Shown here one piece after another: positions 13,102 through 26,804 of a stretch of DNA of 64,000 nt. The stretch's first letter is position 1. The number at the start of each line of letters is the position of its first letter. Made by a program: the position numbers and the translations under genes. Source of the stretch: Basidiobolus meristosporus CBS 931.73 (taxonomy: Eukaryota > Fungi > Basidiobolomycota); the NCBI GenBank assembly GCA_002104905.1, contig MCFE01000201.1, forward strand, positions 62,001 to 126,000, read 5' to 3'. The notes beneath the pieces were generated by a model that had not been told where the DNA came from, did not search any database, and was given only the letters and a program-made list of their open reading frames with translations.

Positions 13102-14171
13102 TCAAAGTTCTTTCTTGGCCGCTTTGGCCTTGGCAAGGGCTTGCTTGGCGCGGAACTTCTTGTACTTGAGGTCAGTACCGAACAGGTGATCCCAGAAACG
13201 GAACGAGGACGCGTAGTTGTTGACGAAGAACTGGTGGTGGTAATCATGATGGTCGGAGCCTGGGGGGATGGAAACTCTCGGGTTAGCTTAATGAATTGGG
13301 GTTTCAGCCACTAGGCTCCCTTACCGCTCCAAATTGGGCACCAATGACGCATCGACCAGGGGAAGTCGTATCCAGAATGGGAGTCTACCGCTTGCAACAG
13401 GCGACTGGCCATCCAGATAAGTACAGTGATAACATGGAGATCCCCGGTGCATGAAATCCAGATAAGGGGTCCTCCAAAGGTGCCCATGGCCAGAAGGATC
13501 GTCTCTAGAGGATGGGCATACTCCGCAGCCTGTAAACGTTTAGGTAAGCAGCGGGACTCCCGGGTCACGATAATGCCATACATACCAAGCCAAAAGGTGC
13601 ACTGAATTCGTGGTGGACCTTGTGAATGTACTTGTAGAAAAAGCTCCAATGGAAAAGACGGTGGGCCCAGTAATGATAGAAATCCTCGAACAAGAAGAAC
13701 CAGAAAACCTGGATCACGATTTGCATGCTAGACAACTCAGGTTAGTCCGGAACGGCTGGTCAGCAGTACGTCGCTTACTTACAGGCTTGGGAACGGATCA
13801 GTCACCTTCATTCCAAGCATCTGCGTGCCGGGATGAAACGCAAGGATCATTGGAAGCTGGATGAAATGGTTCTGAATAAGGACGCCCTTCAGGCATTTCC
13901 AACGTTGGGCACTTGTCACTGGCTTGTTCTAGTCGTTGGTTAGCATAGCCACTATACAGAATACTCTAGGTGTGAACGAGCTTACATCTTGAATCTTGTA
14001 CTTGTCCATGGCGGGGATGTGCTCAGCGATCCAAAAAGGAACGTAGCGACCATAATAAAAGAGTTGATGACTAACAAATGTGATGGCAGCAAGAACTATA
14101 GCGTGGTTTCTTCCTTCAAAGAGGGACAGCCACCAAGACTCAATCATTGAGGGTTGGTATTCCATGCTCAT
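13102..14171 (-). CDS. ERG25: C-4 methylsterol oxidase (4 introns)
   Basis: His boxes [28 protein letters not shown]; AAEYAHPLE; [17 protein letters not shown]. Confidence 0.93.
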
Positions 14172-15274
14172 TACAGTTCAATAGAGCAAGTTGGTAACAA
14201 GGAGAGGGGCGACTACAGTACAGAAGCTTAACAAAGCTAACGCAGCCAACTTTGGGATAGAATGCTGTGACCTTGCTCACACAGTCCTTTATAAGACGAA
14301 TGGCATTCCTGGCTAGAATGGCCCATCAGCAACTCAGTTCCGCATTTGGAATTAAGAAGCGTCTTTGAAATCACCCCGAAGGCCCTAATAGTCACAAAAT
14401 ATTCGGCTTTATAATGGTAAATGAACTCTATCAAAAAAGGGCGAATACTTGTTTTGCCATTGCTTATTTCGGTACACTCCACGGTCCTAAGCCGATTTAT
14501 GCAATTGGTAATATGTCAATCATGCTGATCTGTGGATTCCCTGAAATCTAGACACACTCCGACTCAGGCTAGAGCTCAATTGGATGCTCGTAGAGAGCTT
14601 ATCAGGTCAGTAGATTGCCTCTAGTTGAGCATGTCGGTTGCCCAGTTTCTGGAATATCCTTACCAATTCGTACAAATAGGTCAGTTTGTGGTACCAATTA
14701 CAAACCTGGCCTGAATTCCACCCTAATTTGATATACACTTTCCGTAAACAAGATCGGGTTGGATAGCAACAGGTATTGGCTCAATGAATTGATGGAAATG
14801 AATGCCACATTTCCCAGCCTATGCAACCCCAAGATTAAATTTGGGTGCTACGCGTGTGTAGCATAAATGGTGAAATTGGATGTCCCTTGGCTTATGCCAA
14901 GAAATCTCTATATTCATGCCTAATTTCAACACACCAAGTCTAGATCCTTGCGGGAACCTGCCTATTTGATGACATGTCTGGCTAAAGCTTAAATGGGAAT
15001 TCAAATTTTCCAGGACTGCTCACTCGAAAATCAAGGCTCCCGGGATTGTTCATGTGCATGGAACCGTACATTTCTGAATAGTGCATGCAGTAAATAGTTT
15101 GAACGCACATATTGCCCGTACACGCTGTGGTGGTTGAGATGGTGTCGCACCCTAACTACTCGTGATTAGCAGCATTAAGAGATGAATGAAAATAGGGAAT
15201 TTAATGTTGATAATCCACTAAGATTGAAATGACAAAAATCAATCGGGTTCACAGAGACAGAGATGCATGGATAC

Positions 15275-17117
15275 TCATTCTTCTTGCGAATTCCGTCTGG
15301 GGAAGTAGGCAGAGTATCGTTTATTCTTCAATGAGACGCTTCCCAGGTCCTCACTAGTGCTCGCCCTATACAATTGCCTGGGGTTTATTGATTTGTGTCG
15401 CTCACCTCGGATGTTCTCTCTTCTTCCCTCAAACCCATTCACTGTGGTATTGGCGGATGCGGTATACTTGGGGCTCACGATATCCGAGTCAGGGATTGGA
15501 TACAAACTCTCTGGAAATAGTGCATCTACGTACTCTATGCAGAGACGGACCACGCTTCCCACAGTTCCGCTTCCGACGGTGCACATCATGACATCCACCA
15601 TCGGATTGCCACTACGCACCAAATTTGGAGACCATACAACTGCTAGGTTGTATGGAGTCATGAGATTTATGGAGCTTTTGGTAGATACATCATTCATAAG
15701 GCGGAAGATTTGGGCAAGTAGAATGAGCATTGGCTTAGAGAATGTCGGGAAGATATTGTTCCGGATGTAACGAATGGACTCTGTATCGTTGGAGCAGCTC
15801 TGCATCTCCCGGACAATATCGTAGATTTCGGCTGGGAAGACCGGGGTAGGTAACTCACGGAAGAACATCTTTAATAGCACAGCGGCAACATGAATTCCAT
15901 ACTCATTCAAATCCAACCGATTTCCTAAGTGTCGATAATGATTAATATGAAGGGGATTGGTACACTTGGTATAACCCTACCCCTATTGTAGATCTCTTTG
16001 GCCTCTTTCAGAGATGTTGAGGAGGGTGAGCGTCGGAAGATTCCTTCCACCTCAATACCTGTACGGCAAAATAAGCTTAAATGGCCAATTCATCTCCAAA
16101 TCGAGAATATAAGCAAACCGTTGGCTCTAACAAATTCGACGCATTCGGAAAAAAATTGCGGAATTCCCAATTCAGCATCAGGTCCCATCAATGTTTCCAA
16201 GGATACTCCAAACGCTTGGGGGGTGTAGGGGCCTTTGTCGTAGCTGCTAGGGATAATGATCTGCGACTCAAACTTAAAGTTATACCTATATCGGGAGTCA
16301 ACTACAGGTCAATAATGGCGGGAACCACGAATCGCGAATCTGGTATTACAAACTCGTAGACGGCTTCGGGTATTTGCATTTGCTTGATTGGCACGTAGCT
16401 AGCCAGCTTCGATAAAGTTTCGACATAAACCACTTTCTTTGCGAATTTTGGACTGAGATTCATGACTGTAAGGTAAATGAAGAGTATTCACATTGTTTGA
16501 AATATTAAATGCCAGCAACCTGATAACTATATTCATCGTATCCAAGATAAGTCGGGGCCATCTAGAAGGGTGAACGACGTAAAGATTCTTCAGGTTTTTC
16601 TTGTACCTGGAAGCAAAGTATCAGCATCCTTTTTGATAGTGGTTGAGAGTCGAGTGTCTGAAACTTACTTGCGACTCAATCTACCATAGGCCTTCAACAA
16701 CCAAACCCAGCTCGGACGAAATACTGCTCCGCCGGAAAAAAGCACTACCGTATAGTCACTTTCGACGAATTGGTCCAGTTTCGCCAAAATCAAACTGCAT
16801 TGAGGGTTGATATACAGCTCTAGTAACGAGAAGTCAAAACAGGTACGTACGAAAGGATTTGGTCGTAATCCATTTCTTTTGGGTTGGGTAGGTTACAAGC
16901 ACAGAAGACCAGCATCGGCTTACTCTCGAGGTCGACTCCTATAGAAGTATTTAGCTGAATGCCAGTGAATAAGTGTAATTTAGACTTTTTGAATACCTGA
17001 TTGATAGATTATCTTTGTGTCAACTAGCTCCGATAGCTCCTTTTCTGTGTGTGCCGAGGTTGTTGTAGCAATAGTGGGGAGCATTGAGCGCAAACCGCCG
17101 AAACTGAAACCGGACAT
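15275..17117 (-). CDS. BCH/CRAL-TRIO + RhoGAP protein (ARHGAP1/8-like), about 7 introns
   Basis: GVDLESKPMLVF; FVESDYTVVLF; YKKNLKNLYVVHP; FGVSLE; GIEVEGIFRRS; LLKMFFRELP; MTPYNLAVVWSPNL. Confidence 0.9.
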
Positions 17118-18939
17118 ATTGAAAGTGCTGAGAGAGGGCAAATGAACTCAGATGAAGATTGGTCTATGGTTGCTCTTAGAAATGCAGTGTGTTTATGTCT
17201 CGGCGTGTTGAATAGTACAGAAACTTTTCATTAACAAACTCAACGAACAAGTGACGGAAAGGCGCACTCGTTGGGCTCTAAATCCCACTAGCTCAATTAA
17301 AAATAATCCGCTTATATCGGCCTGCAACTTTTGGATCAATGCAGATATTTAATAGTTAAAGAATGGATTGCAATTTGTCATGCTGTGGAGTGTATTCAAC
17401 ATTCAATTGGCACGTTATCATTGGTACATCAGCACCACTTCTATAAATACCTGATTAGTTGTATGCGGGCGATGAGCACAAGGATATATATACTTTGAAA
17501 TCATGAATAGTCAGGGTCGATGATTCAGATCTCACCCTATGACATCATCATGATTTCGGAGCACCTGATACGGACGACCCATGCTTAGTTCGCCTCCATC
17601 AACTGATTCATCAGAGATGTTCTGCGAAATGCATTGTACATTTCCACCCTTGTGATCGATAGTGAGTGTGCTATCTGGTCTTGAAGCTGTCATCGGCTCA
17701 TGGTTCTTGCATATTAGTGGCCGAGATGCGCTCGAGGCTAAGCTGTATTTTGCCCACGTGCGAACACAGGGTGAAGGATAAGTTGCATTGGAACGTGTCT
17801 TCGCTACCTCAGTGCCACTGGTGGTCTGAGCATTCGCACCTGCTGCAGTATCTTTTATTGATCATTTAGGGCTAGTAGTTGCCCATTTCTATGAGCATAT
17901 GCGTACTAATGCTATATAGAGTTCGCATCCCCCTGGTAACTCAATTAATGCTTGTTGGAATGCCCAGGCCCATGTTACGCTTCCTATACTAATCAGAAAT
18001 ATAGGCTAACTATGGCGTAGTAGTGTATCCTTCGCTTTGGACGAAGCACTTTATATCACGCATCAGAGATCTGGCCTCTGCTACGCTCAGATATGGTTTT
18101 CAGTATCGCTCTCCAAATTAGGCAGTCGCAGTTCGACCCTCAATAATCTAGATCGGGGGTCTTCACGGACGAATCGAGTGGCAAGACTGGGCATCACTGC
18201 ACACCATTAAATTGATGTTGGTATTGATCAGCAGCGATACATTGATCTCCTGTATGACTGAATCTTTACACCTTGGTCGTTGATATGCCCACAACAGCGT
18301 TAATAGTTTGTTCCTTCAAGCTATCTTCTCGGGGATTTAGCAATATGCAGTCAATCAGACCAGTTCCACGACTTGACATGAGTGTACACCTCAGCGCGGC
18401 AATTCCAAATGAATATAATAGAAAAAGCGGAGATTTCTGGTATGATGGTGATCGCCTTGGATTGTGACTGCAGATTTTAAATTGTGCTCACAAATGGGGA
18501 TCGGGCCATTAGGAATAATCAGAGTTGCTGGATGGCCGATTGTCAACAATACCATGGTAGCTTGCGAAGTAAGGAAAATGAAGAATTGCCACACACAACG
18601 CTCCGGTTCAATGGTCCACATTGTATGCAAACTCTCTTCTCAATTCCCGATCCAATCAGGCGGTCAATTGTGTGAATAGCTAAATGTACCTAACGCATCT
18701 ACTTCCAAGCTTATTTATTATACCTCATACCCCACTGCCCACCTTTCTCTGTTTGATTTCAAGCTTGACATACATTCTATCTTTTGCACAATATTAACCT
18801 TCCTAACTAAAGTGTTCTCTAACTGACTGAGGAAATCCTTGCTCAACCATTATCTATTCCATTGCCAATCGCCTTTTTGTCTCTAACTGGTCTTTCAAAA
18901 CAATAGCACCTTTGGCTGCTTTGATACAGTAAATCTATA

Positions 18940-20545
18940 ATGCGACTGCCAAGTGTCGCTGGGGTAGGAGTCAATTACTTTTATCTCTGCTTTAGTGTGT
19001 ATATTGTCAGGGCTTTACCAAGTCTCGGCCATCTTGATCCCCAGGACACATATCTAAAGCGGGATGGTAGAGTCATTCACATACATCCCTATGCCTTTCC
19101 CTATTGAAGGACAGCTCATGAAATTTTTCATTTAGTGGCATCTTTAACCGAGCAATGTGGGCCAGATATCTATTGTTTACCAAAATTCAACACCACGTGG
19201 ACGATGGGTAGTGTGGGCTTGCTACGGTGGAACTCCAATTACCCCACATTCAAAGTCCAAGGGCACGTGGACATTCGATTGTACGAAATGACCAACCCCC
19301 GAAAGCCAGTCAAAGAATGGCTGGATATCACCAACGACGAAGGATTATGGTCCGTAAAGCTGGATCATAGCAGTGGGATATTTCCCGAGTATTTCAAGCG
19401 TCCAAAAAACACGACAGTGGTCAGGAATTATCGCTTCTTGGTAACTGTCAAAGATGACTTAACTGAGGGGAGGCAGAAAGGCCCGATTTTTAATATAGAA
19501 GGTGAAGTTCTCAACCAATACCTCGGCATGTCAGTTTCGCTTCATTGAGTCTGACCCTAACATCTCCTAGATCCTCCTCCACCTGAGGAAGTAAACCCAA
19601 CCTCTGCAAACGCTTTGCATTTCGCCATACCTATAGCAAACCACTCGCTGCTGCTGCACCCAAGCAAGATTAATCAGAGTGCAACTGCAGCAGTGTCAGC
19701 CTCACCAACTGGTGCAACATCCACAGCAGCGTACCCTACTAACGAACCCAAAAAAACCTCTAATATCGAACTGATTCATACAAACTCTATTTTAAACGCG
19801 CGCCCAGATCAGAGCTCGCCCTTCGATTTGTCCCTCAACACGGTTATAGGGATCACGGCGAGTGTATTAGCAGGCCTAATACTTCTCATTGGATATCCTT
19901 TGCATACAGTGCTGAATCCCACTAGCAATTATCCCAAGTCTTTAGCCTTAACTCCACAACACTCTAACCTATTGCCTTGTGCGTCGATATAACAAAGCTA
20001 ATTATTCTGCCACAGTAAGAAAATGGAATCAGAAGAATGGGAAATACACTATGGCGGAGAGTGCTCAGCAACGAAACACTTGTGACTTCTCACGATACTC
20101 TGTATCCGGTTATACAAGCACAGACGCTTTTCTGCCAGTTAATGAACCCGAACATCAAGAGGCTGTATTTGACACAGCTAATCAACCAAGTCCATGCATA
20201 CTAGCGGCTTTACCCAGCAGTCTGGTATCGGATAGTCACTTATCACCTACGGATGAGCGATCGAAGCCAATGTCTTTATGCTTGACCGTCAAGGATGCTC
20301 AACTGATTGCAGACACATACCGAAGATTACTCCGGAAACCCAGTTGGAATGAAGACGATATAAAGGAGTTTGGAAAGAGAAATACATATACAGACGAGTT
20401 GATGAGAAGGGAGTTGGAGGCGGAAGGGAAGGGTGTTAAGCACGTGAATACCGCCCCTACTCTTGTGGTTGTGAATGAAGAGCAGAAGGTCGATCGTAGG
20501 AGTATGATGTCGATACGAGAGCTGGAAGAGTTACCCAATTCCTAA
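18940..20545 (+). CDS. Single-pass type I membrane protein of unknown function (signal peptide, Cys-containing ectodomain, S/T stalk, TM, cytosolic tail); contains a U12 AT-AC intron
   Basis: Exon 1 MRLPSVAG..LKRD joins ORF 19135; the full TM VIGITASVLAGLILLIGLTYCLVRRYNK is formed only after removing 19893-19962. Confidence 0.75.
19893..19962 (+). other. U12-type AT-AC intron (70 nt)
   Basis: Donor ATATCCTTTG, branch GCCTTAAC about 10 nt before the CAC acceptor; restores frame between ORFs 19615 and 19979. Confidence 0.9.
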
Positions 20546-20971
20546 CGATGGTTGCCGTATCTTTCACTCAGAAGAACGGTGATCTAAACTAGTTCACTCA
20601 CTTCCTGTGCTCAGGCTGTCATATAACATAATTTTTAATCGATCCTTCTTGGGGAGCTTCACTTGTCTTTTCTACACTATACACACTTTATTATTATTGA
20701 TCTTTGGAGCAAGCCTTTTTCTCGAATGTCGTCTTCTAGAGTAGACCAGCCGTTGTGAATACAAAGTGCATACTGTGCCCTAGAATAAACCTTGGTATAT
20801 TTTTGCGGATAGCCGACTATTTTGCTAAGGGGTTAATACCCCTGATGCGGCGGATACTTGGTCCGGTTTTGAACAATAAACGAACACCGAAAGAAACTTC
20901 CCACTTCATCACCGGTACGAAGAGGCTCATCTACGTGATATTAAGCGATAATTTTATTACAGATGTAGCTA

Positions 20972-22081
20972 TTATCTAAATTTCGAACCAAGTGATATTA
21001 AAAGGGCAGTTGTCAAAAAGCAGGCCGAGGCTTTCCCAGCGGAGCTCACTGGAGCGCTGATCTTCTCGTTTTCCTTATCATTAGGATCGCATTTCGGATC
21101 TTTACAAATGGGCTTTGTTGGCTTTCCTTCGCAAGTCTTCTCCATATACTCGGTGCCAGTGATTCTGATTCGATACGAGGATAGCTGTATGGGTAGATTC
21201 AGGTCGAAGTTCTTTGCCTCTAGCAGTCCGTACAAGTCATGAACTCTGTCAGATGAGGCAGGCCACACTTGATCAGGGAAGCAGCAAAGCAACTTCCAGC
21301 GGGTTTTTAGAAACCTGTCTAAATACTCAGCCTCATCCTTGTACGGACCAACCAGTTTGATAATGCTCCTCAGACTCATGCCGTTATCTGCTTCCCAACC
21401 ATGCTGAATAGCTGTATCGTAGAAGATAGCCTTTCCAAGATTGGACTTCACCCCCACATCCGCAGCCAGCCCCATCGCGGGCAGAAAATACATAGTATCT
21501 GCCAGTTTGTCCTGGGCACCCCGGAACTTCTCATCACACGACTCCAGCTTCCAGGCCTGGTCAAACCCGTTTAGACCAACAATATCGTTGTTTGCGCTGC
21601 CACAGTCAAGCCGATTGCTTACTCTCTCCAGCGCAGCGTTGAACGGGGAAAAACTGGTATTGGTGCCCTTGCTTTTCTCATAATCCTCCACTACTATTAA
21701 CGCGTCGCCAGTTCCAGTGGTGAACCCGATGCTTCCGCAAGTATAGCCTCGACCGTCACCAATATCTCGGCACTGGCCATACTCAATGGTGGTGGTTCCG
21801 TGTTCAAAGCTGTTTGTAATAACCTGGGCAATCCTCTTCGCAGTTTGCGGCATACTCGTCGCATATTTGGCATATATAGAATCATTGGTTGAATTCCTGG
21901 AGCATACGGTGGCAAGCATGTGCCTTCCAGCGAATAGTTGAAACCTTTGAAAAGTAAACAATTGGCAATTCGCACCTGTTATAGCAAATTCCCCTTTACA
22001 GTACTGGAAGGTTTCTTGGGCCGAGGTGGGCCGATACACAGTTGCGCAGCAGAAAAATGAGAGGAGGAAAAATCTACGCAT
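20972..22081 (-). CDS. Secreted GH46 chitosanase with possible GPI signal, intronless
   Basis: ITNSFEHG..RDIGDGRGYTCGSIGFTTGTGD (GH46 catalytic Glu and Asp), YDTAIQHG, YLDRFLKTR; signal peptide; hydrophobic C-terminus. Confidence 0.9.
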   Translation of the reverse strand: MRRFFLLSFFCCATVYRPTSAQETFQYCKGEFAITGANCQLFTFQRFQLFAGRHMLATVCSRNSTNDSIYAKYATSMPQTAKRIAQVITNSFEHGTTTIEYGQCRDIGDGRGYTCGSIGFTTGTGDALIVVEDYEKSKGTNTSFSPFNAALERVSNRLDCGSANNDIVGLNGFDQAWKLESCDEKFRGAQDKLADTMYFLPAMGLAADVGVKSNLGKAIFYDTAIQHGWEADNGMSLRSIIKLVGPYKDEAEYLDRFLKTRWKLLCCFPDQVWPASSDRVHDLYGLLEAKNFDLNLPIQLSSYRIRITGTEYMEKTCEGKPTKPICKDPKCDPNDKENEKISAPVSSAGKASACFLTTALLISLGSKFR

Positions 22082-23849
22082 ATCTGATACAGGATCAAAA
22101 TCTCTCCTGCTAGTCGTCTATAGCTAAATCGTGTGAGGCGCTGAAGGCACCTTCTCGCTTATAAGCAACTCCAACGCATCCTCCGCCCCTGTAAGAGTAA
22201 AGTTACATCTGTGGATGCTAAATGAATCTAGATCTGGTTAATTAATCTTTCAATTTGAACTTCGGTTCCCCTTTATTTGAAAAGCAGTCGATTCAGCAAG
22301 GAATTGGATACTCGACACACGTCTGAGCTGCAGATTCAATGGCTAGATGATCTCAATAACGAAGTTGATTGTTGCTCGGCTATAATTCCCTATAATTAAT
22401 TGGAGCACTCCATCCTCTAAAATATGCTGGATTTCCCGAAAGTGGTGGAATGTTCGCTCGAGCAACTAGGAGACATCTCTTTTGTAGAATAGATACCAGG
22501 ATGATGTAGATCATCGCATGCCCCCCTCATGTGTGCACCCTACAATGGCATCAGCGAAAGGATCAGCATTCCTGACAAACCCTTTGTATCACCGGGGCCC
22601 CTACTTTGGCATTAGGAGGTCCGTGGATGCTAATCTCCTGATATCTAGTAGCCGCGAAGGATCAGGACAATCAGCTATACCGGTGAAACAGTTTCCAGTG
22701 GCACTTGAATACCGCACAATACAGGGAATACTCAATGCTTCCGGTTGATCAGTGTTTGCATGTAATTTCTCGAGTGAAACCCAAGAACATACTATTCCCC
22801 CATCTCCCATTACGGTTGTATGTGCCAGCCAAGTTTACCGAGTAGTTGTGCTTGTCAGCACGCTTTGTTGCTGGTGGCCTACATTTCCATGATTGGTATT
22901 TCCCATTGCCACAAGCGGCTGAAGGCCCAATTCCAAGTTATCCTACGAGATTAGCCGTGCCAGTATGGGAAAGCACACCCATGGCCCAAGGACCCCGAGT
23001 ACTATTGATCCGCGGTAGGTTGTATAGACTATATGCAGCATAGCTAACTCAGGTAGGATCGAGAAAAAGCATCTTGTCCCTTCCTTTGATAACATCCCCT
23101 TGTCTTGTTTTAATGAGGCCACAGCATCTATTCACTTCCATGCATGGCAATCATAGTCAACTACTTCATTCACTAAGAAGCAATCATTAGCCAACCAGAT
23201 GTAGGGTTAACAATAGTTTTTTTGGTTCACACTGGGCTGTTCACTTTCACACTACCAAGCCGACGTGTCAGGGACACGACCTCGAGGGTATAGATACATA
23301 ATTCAAATTTAAAGCAACTGAGAATGTTGCTTATCCGCAAGTCATACTTATGTATCCACTTTCTGATGCGGACTACCAATCGTCTAACGAGTCCCAAAAT
23401 GTGCCATCAAAATAGATAATAGAATCTAGATTGCAAGTACAGCTACATCAAATGCCTGTATTTGATATGCCACAGCCACAGAGGCTAATACAACAAGAAT
23501 TCCCATTAAAAGTGGTGTCTCTTGGAAAATTAGGCATTCTATGCTGCTTTTGTGTGATTAATCGACTCATCAAACAAAGTGACAAAGCCCTTGATTGTAG
23601 TCGACTAGTCTACAGCTTCCTGAAATATGGCATATCGTTTACAGATAGATTTCAATAGACTCTTGAATCTTTAATGTATTGAATTCACCATACGTGTCTT
23701 CCAAGTTATTATCGAATTTGATTTTGGGCTGCTGTTACACACCTCCGTACTTAATAGCATAGATTTCTTTATGGACCCACTATGGCTGCCAGGAATACTC
23801 TCATCAAACAACCTGGTATACTAACCTGACCTCACCAGCGTCATTCCAT

Positions 23850-26103
23850 ATGTTGCATGAATTACTGTTAGTACTTTCCGGTCATCCAGGAGACATCTTC
23901 GTTTTGCAAACGTCTCATTCGTCAGCCACTCCGACTTTCCGTATACCGGAGGACTTCAGTTTTTTACACCCCTCCGAGAAAGGTGCTCTACAAGAGCTGT
24001 CACAGCTTGGGGGTTGGTACAAGCGAATTACCACGTTTCTCGAGAAGTACAAAAGTAAAGAATGGACAAGAAGTTCACCGAGGGCGAGGCTACCTCACGG
24101 CGCTTACTTTCAGGGCTTTTGCCAGGGAGTACGGCAATCATTGAGGGGATATGAGCATACAATCGTTAAACTGGAGGCTTGTCTCTTAGAGAAACAACCC
24201 TCGCAAACCCCCTTGAGCCTTGTCTTTTCTTGGTTCTCCCCGTACTTCCTCATTCTCCCTCACTTGGAAAATCTGATCACCCTAATCGAGCAGAAGCCTG
24301 AACTCTACCATGGTGGGCGTTTGCTATCACTCATAGTATCTAAAAGTGAGTCAGGGGTGGCAGTGATCAGGGACACCATGCTGGCACTAACTCAGCACGT
24401 AAGAAAGGTCTTCTATCAGCAAATCACTTCGTGGATTGTCTACGGCTCACTTGAAGATCCTTGTGGCGAGTTTTTCGTCAATTTTGTTGCCACATCAACG
24501 GATATCAATGAAACCAGCTATTCACTGCTGGAGGAGGAGAACCTTCCCTCTGGACAACTATTCGTTCTCGATATCAAACAGATACCAGAATTCATTCCGA
24601 TCAAAGTGGCAAATTCCATCTTGTTCGTGGGGCAATCAGTATATACCATTCGCATGTCCAATACCAATGGTAACCATGCATTACCCCCCTCGCTTACCTC
24701 GAAACATTTGAGGATGCTTCTGGAGCTGAGCGAGGCCTCGATCTATCGTGGGATCGAGCTCGAGTCGGTGGTATTGGAGATGCGTCGAGATGTATCCGAA
24801 TGGCTATGGAAAGTGGTGCTGGTTGGGGAAAAGACTCTGGTTTGCCTGGACGTCTTCAGAAAATTCTTTCTGCTAGGCAGTGGAGACTACTTTTTGCAGT
24901 TGATTGACGCCTTTGAGGCACTGCGGACCCTCCGTCACAGGGAGATGCGTCGACATGTTATCAAGGAGCAGGAGCTCAATGCGTTGATGATCCAATCATC
25001 AGTTGGTACATCCGTGGAGGACGACGCTGCTTTGGAGAAGCTTGCCTTCAAAATTACCCTCGCTTCGGCCAAATCTGGGTATGAATCCAACCCTGAAAAG
25101 CTGAGCGAGACGCATAATCCAGGAGATTTCTATAATGACCTGCTCTTGGGATCTCGAATTGAGCTTGACTACTCGATTGTATGGCCGATGAACCTCATCT
25201 TCAGCGAGGTCGAGATTGAACGGTACAACGCTCTCATGAGCTTTCTGCTCGTGTTAAGGCGCACTCATAACCGCCTACAAAAAGCCTGGATGTTGGGAAA
25301 CGCTACACGTCGCCAGGATCTTCGTTGGCAACAGAAGGGAAACCTGCATGACGACAGCCATTTAGATCTCAGGGAGATGGCTCACGATGAGAGAATGTGG
25401 ATTTTGAGGACCAGGATGCTTCACTTTGTCGATGCCCTATGGTCGCATGTTCAGGTAGTCTCATGTACACTAATACAGGTCTGGCCCTAATTCGTCTAAC
25501 GTAGCTTCGAGCTAGACGGACACTATCGAGATCTGCTGCGACGATTTTTCTGAGTTGATACGGGCCACAGCGCTGACCGAGCCGGGGGAACTTGCTGTCG
25601 AAGGTCGTAAGAGCCTGAGTAAATCACTGCATGATTTCGAGGACATCCGTTCGGCCCACGCGCTCCATCTGGACCATCTCTTTGCGGGATGTCTTCTGTT
25701 CTATCGCCCACTTAGCCTGTCCCTAAGAAAGATTTTCATCGCATGTGACACGTTTTGTAATCAACTCGAGAAAGGCCTCTCATCGGACTTCAAGATGTTT
25801 CAGCGTAAGCAGAATGAGCACCCCATTGGCCAAATCGAGCAGGTACTGTTGATGCATGTAGGAGCTGCCTTCCTTCCTGGACTAACAACTGTCGGGCATT
25901 TGAAACATTAGGAGTTCACCGAGCAAAGCGAAATCTTCTTCAGAACTGTGACGGACATGAATCGACAGGGTGGGACCAACACTGGCCCAGCCCGACACCT
26001 TGACCAACTGTTACTCCGTTTGGACTTCAACAACACCTATTCAAAAGTGAGGGCCCCCCTTGACGATACTCAGTCTAGTGAAAATGGTGCCGATGAGCCA
26101 TAG
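23850..26103 (+). CDS. GCP4: Gamma-tubulin complex component 4 (2 introns)
   Basis: MLHELLLVLSGHPGDIF start, RKFFLLGSGDYF, LDYSIVWPMNLIF, FEDIRSAH, LDQLLLRLDFN. Confidence 0.88.
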
Positions 26104-26804
26104 GCCAAGTGTGACTTGTTCAATTCTGACAGACCCAAGTTGATGTACATGTTTGTGTGCGCGTAGGAAAAACCCGAATAACCCAAATAACAAACCCCTA
26201 ACAAGCCATACATATTAGGCATATTATTGAGGCCAACTGCAAAGTAGTCATGAATCATATCAAATGGCTATTGAACAGCTCGTGAGGATCTCATGGCATT
26301 CGGGACCTCCCACTTGAAGCCTTGATATCCACTTCGATGGGTATTGGTGGAGATCGCGGTGTGTTTTCATATTAATTAACCTCATGCAAGGTTTGTACAT
26401 GATCGACATGATTTAAAGTCTTGTCACATTTCTACGCTAACCATCTATGTTGACGAATCAAGCATGCCATGCCTCATGCACCTAAGCAGTGAACCAAATG
26501 GAAGTAGCATTCCACCGGGTGAGTACCCGAATTTGGATTTTGCATTCGAGTTCCCAAGAACGAGACTGTAATATCCATGCATGGCAACATGGAGTGCTGA
26601 TTGCTGCTCAGTACGAAGCGCAAACAGGTTTTGCATAGTCCGGCCATGCAGCTCGTAGTGTTTGGTACAGCGGCTACTTCTCGGGTCCGTACTCCCCTAG
26701 ACAAACCTTTAAAAACGACCTTCGGCCACCACTAAAAGACAAAAAGCCTCCAATTCCCAACATATTTGCCTCGATAGTTTAGCATTTACATCTGTAGTCG
26801 AACA

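Noticed and set aside
16195-16210. GTATCCTT on the minus strand in the RhoGAP gene
   Set aside because: It encodes the conserved FGVSL motif in frame, so it is coding and not a U12 donor
20636-20670. ATCCTTCTTGGGG resembling the U4atac 5' end
   Set aside because: Short match in a 3' UTR; the rest of the snRNA is not recognisable
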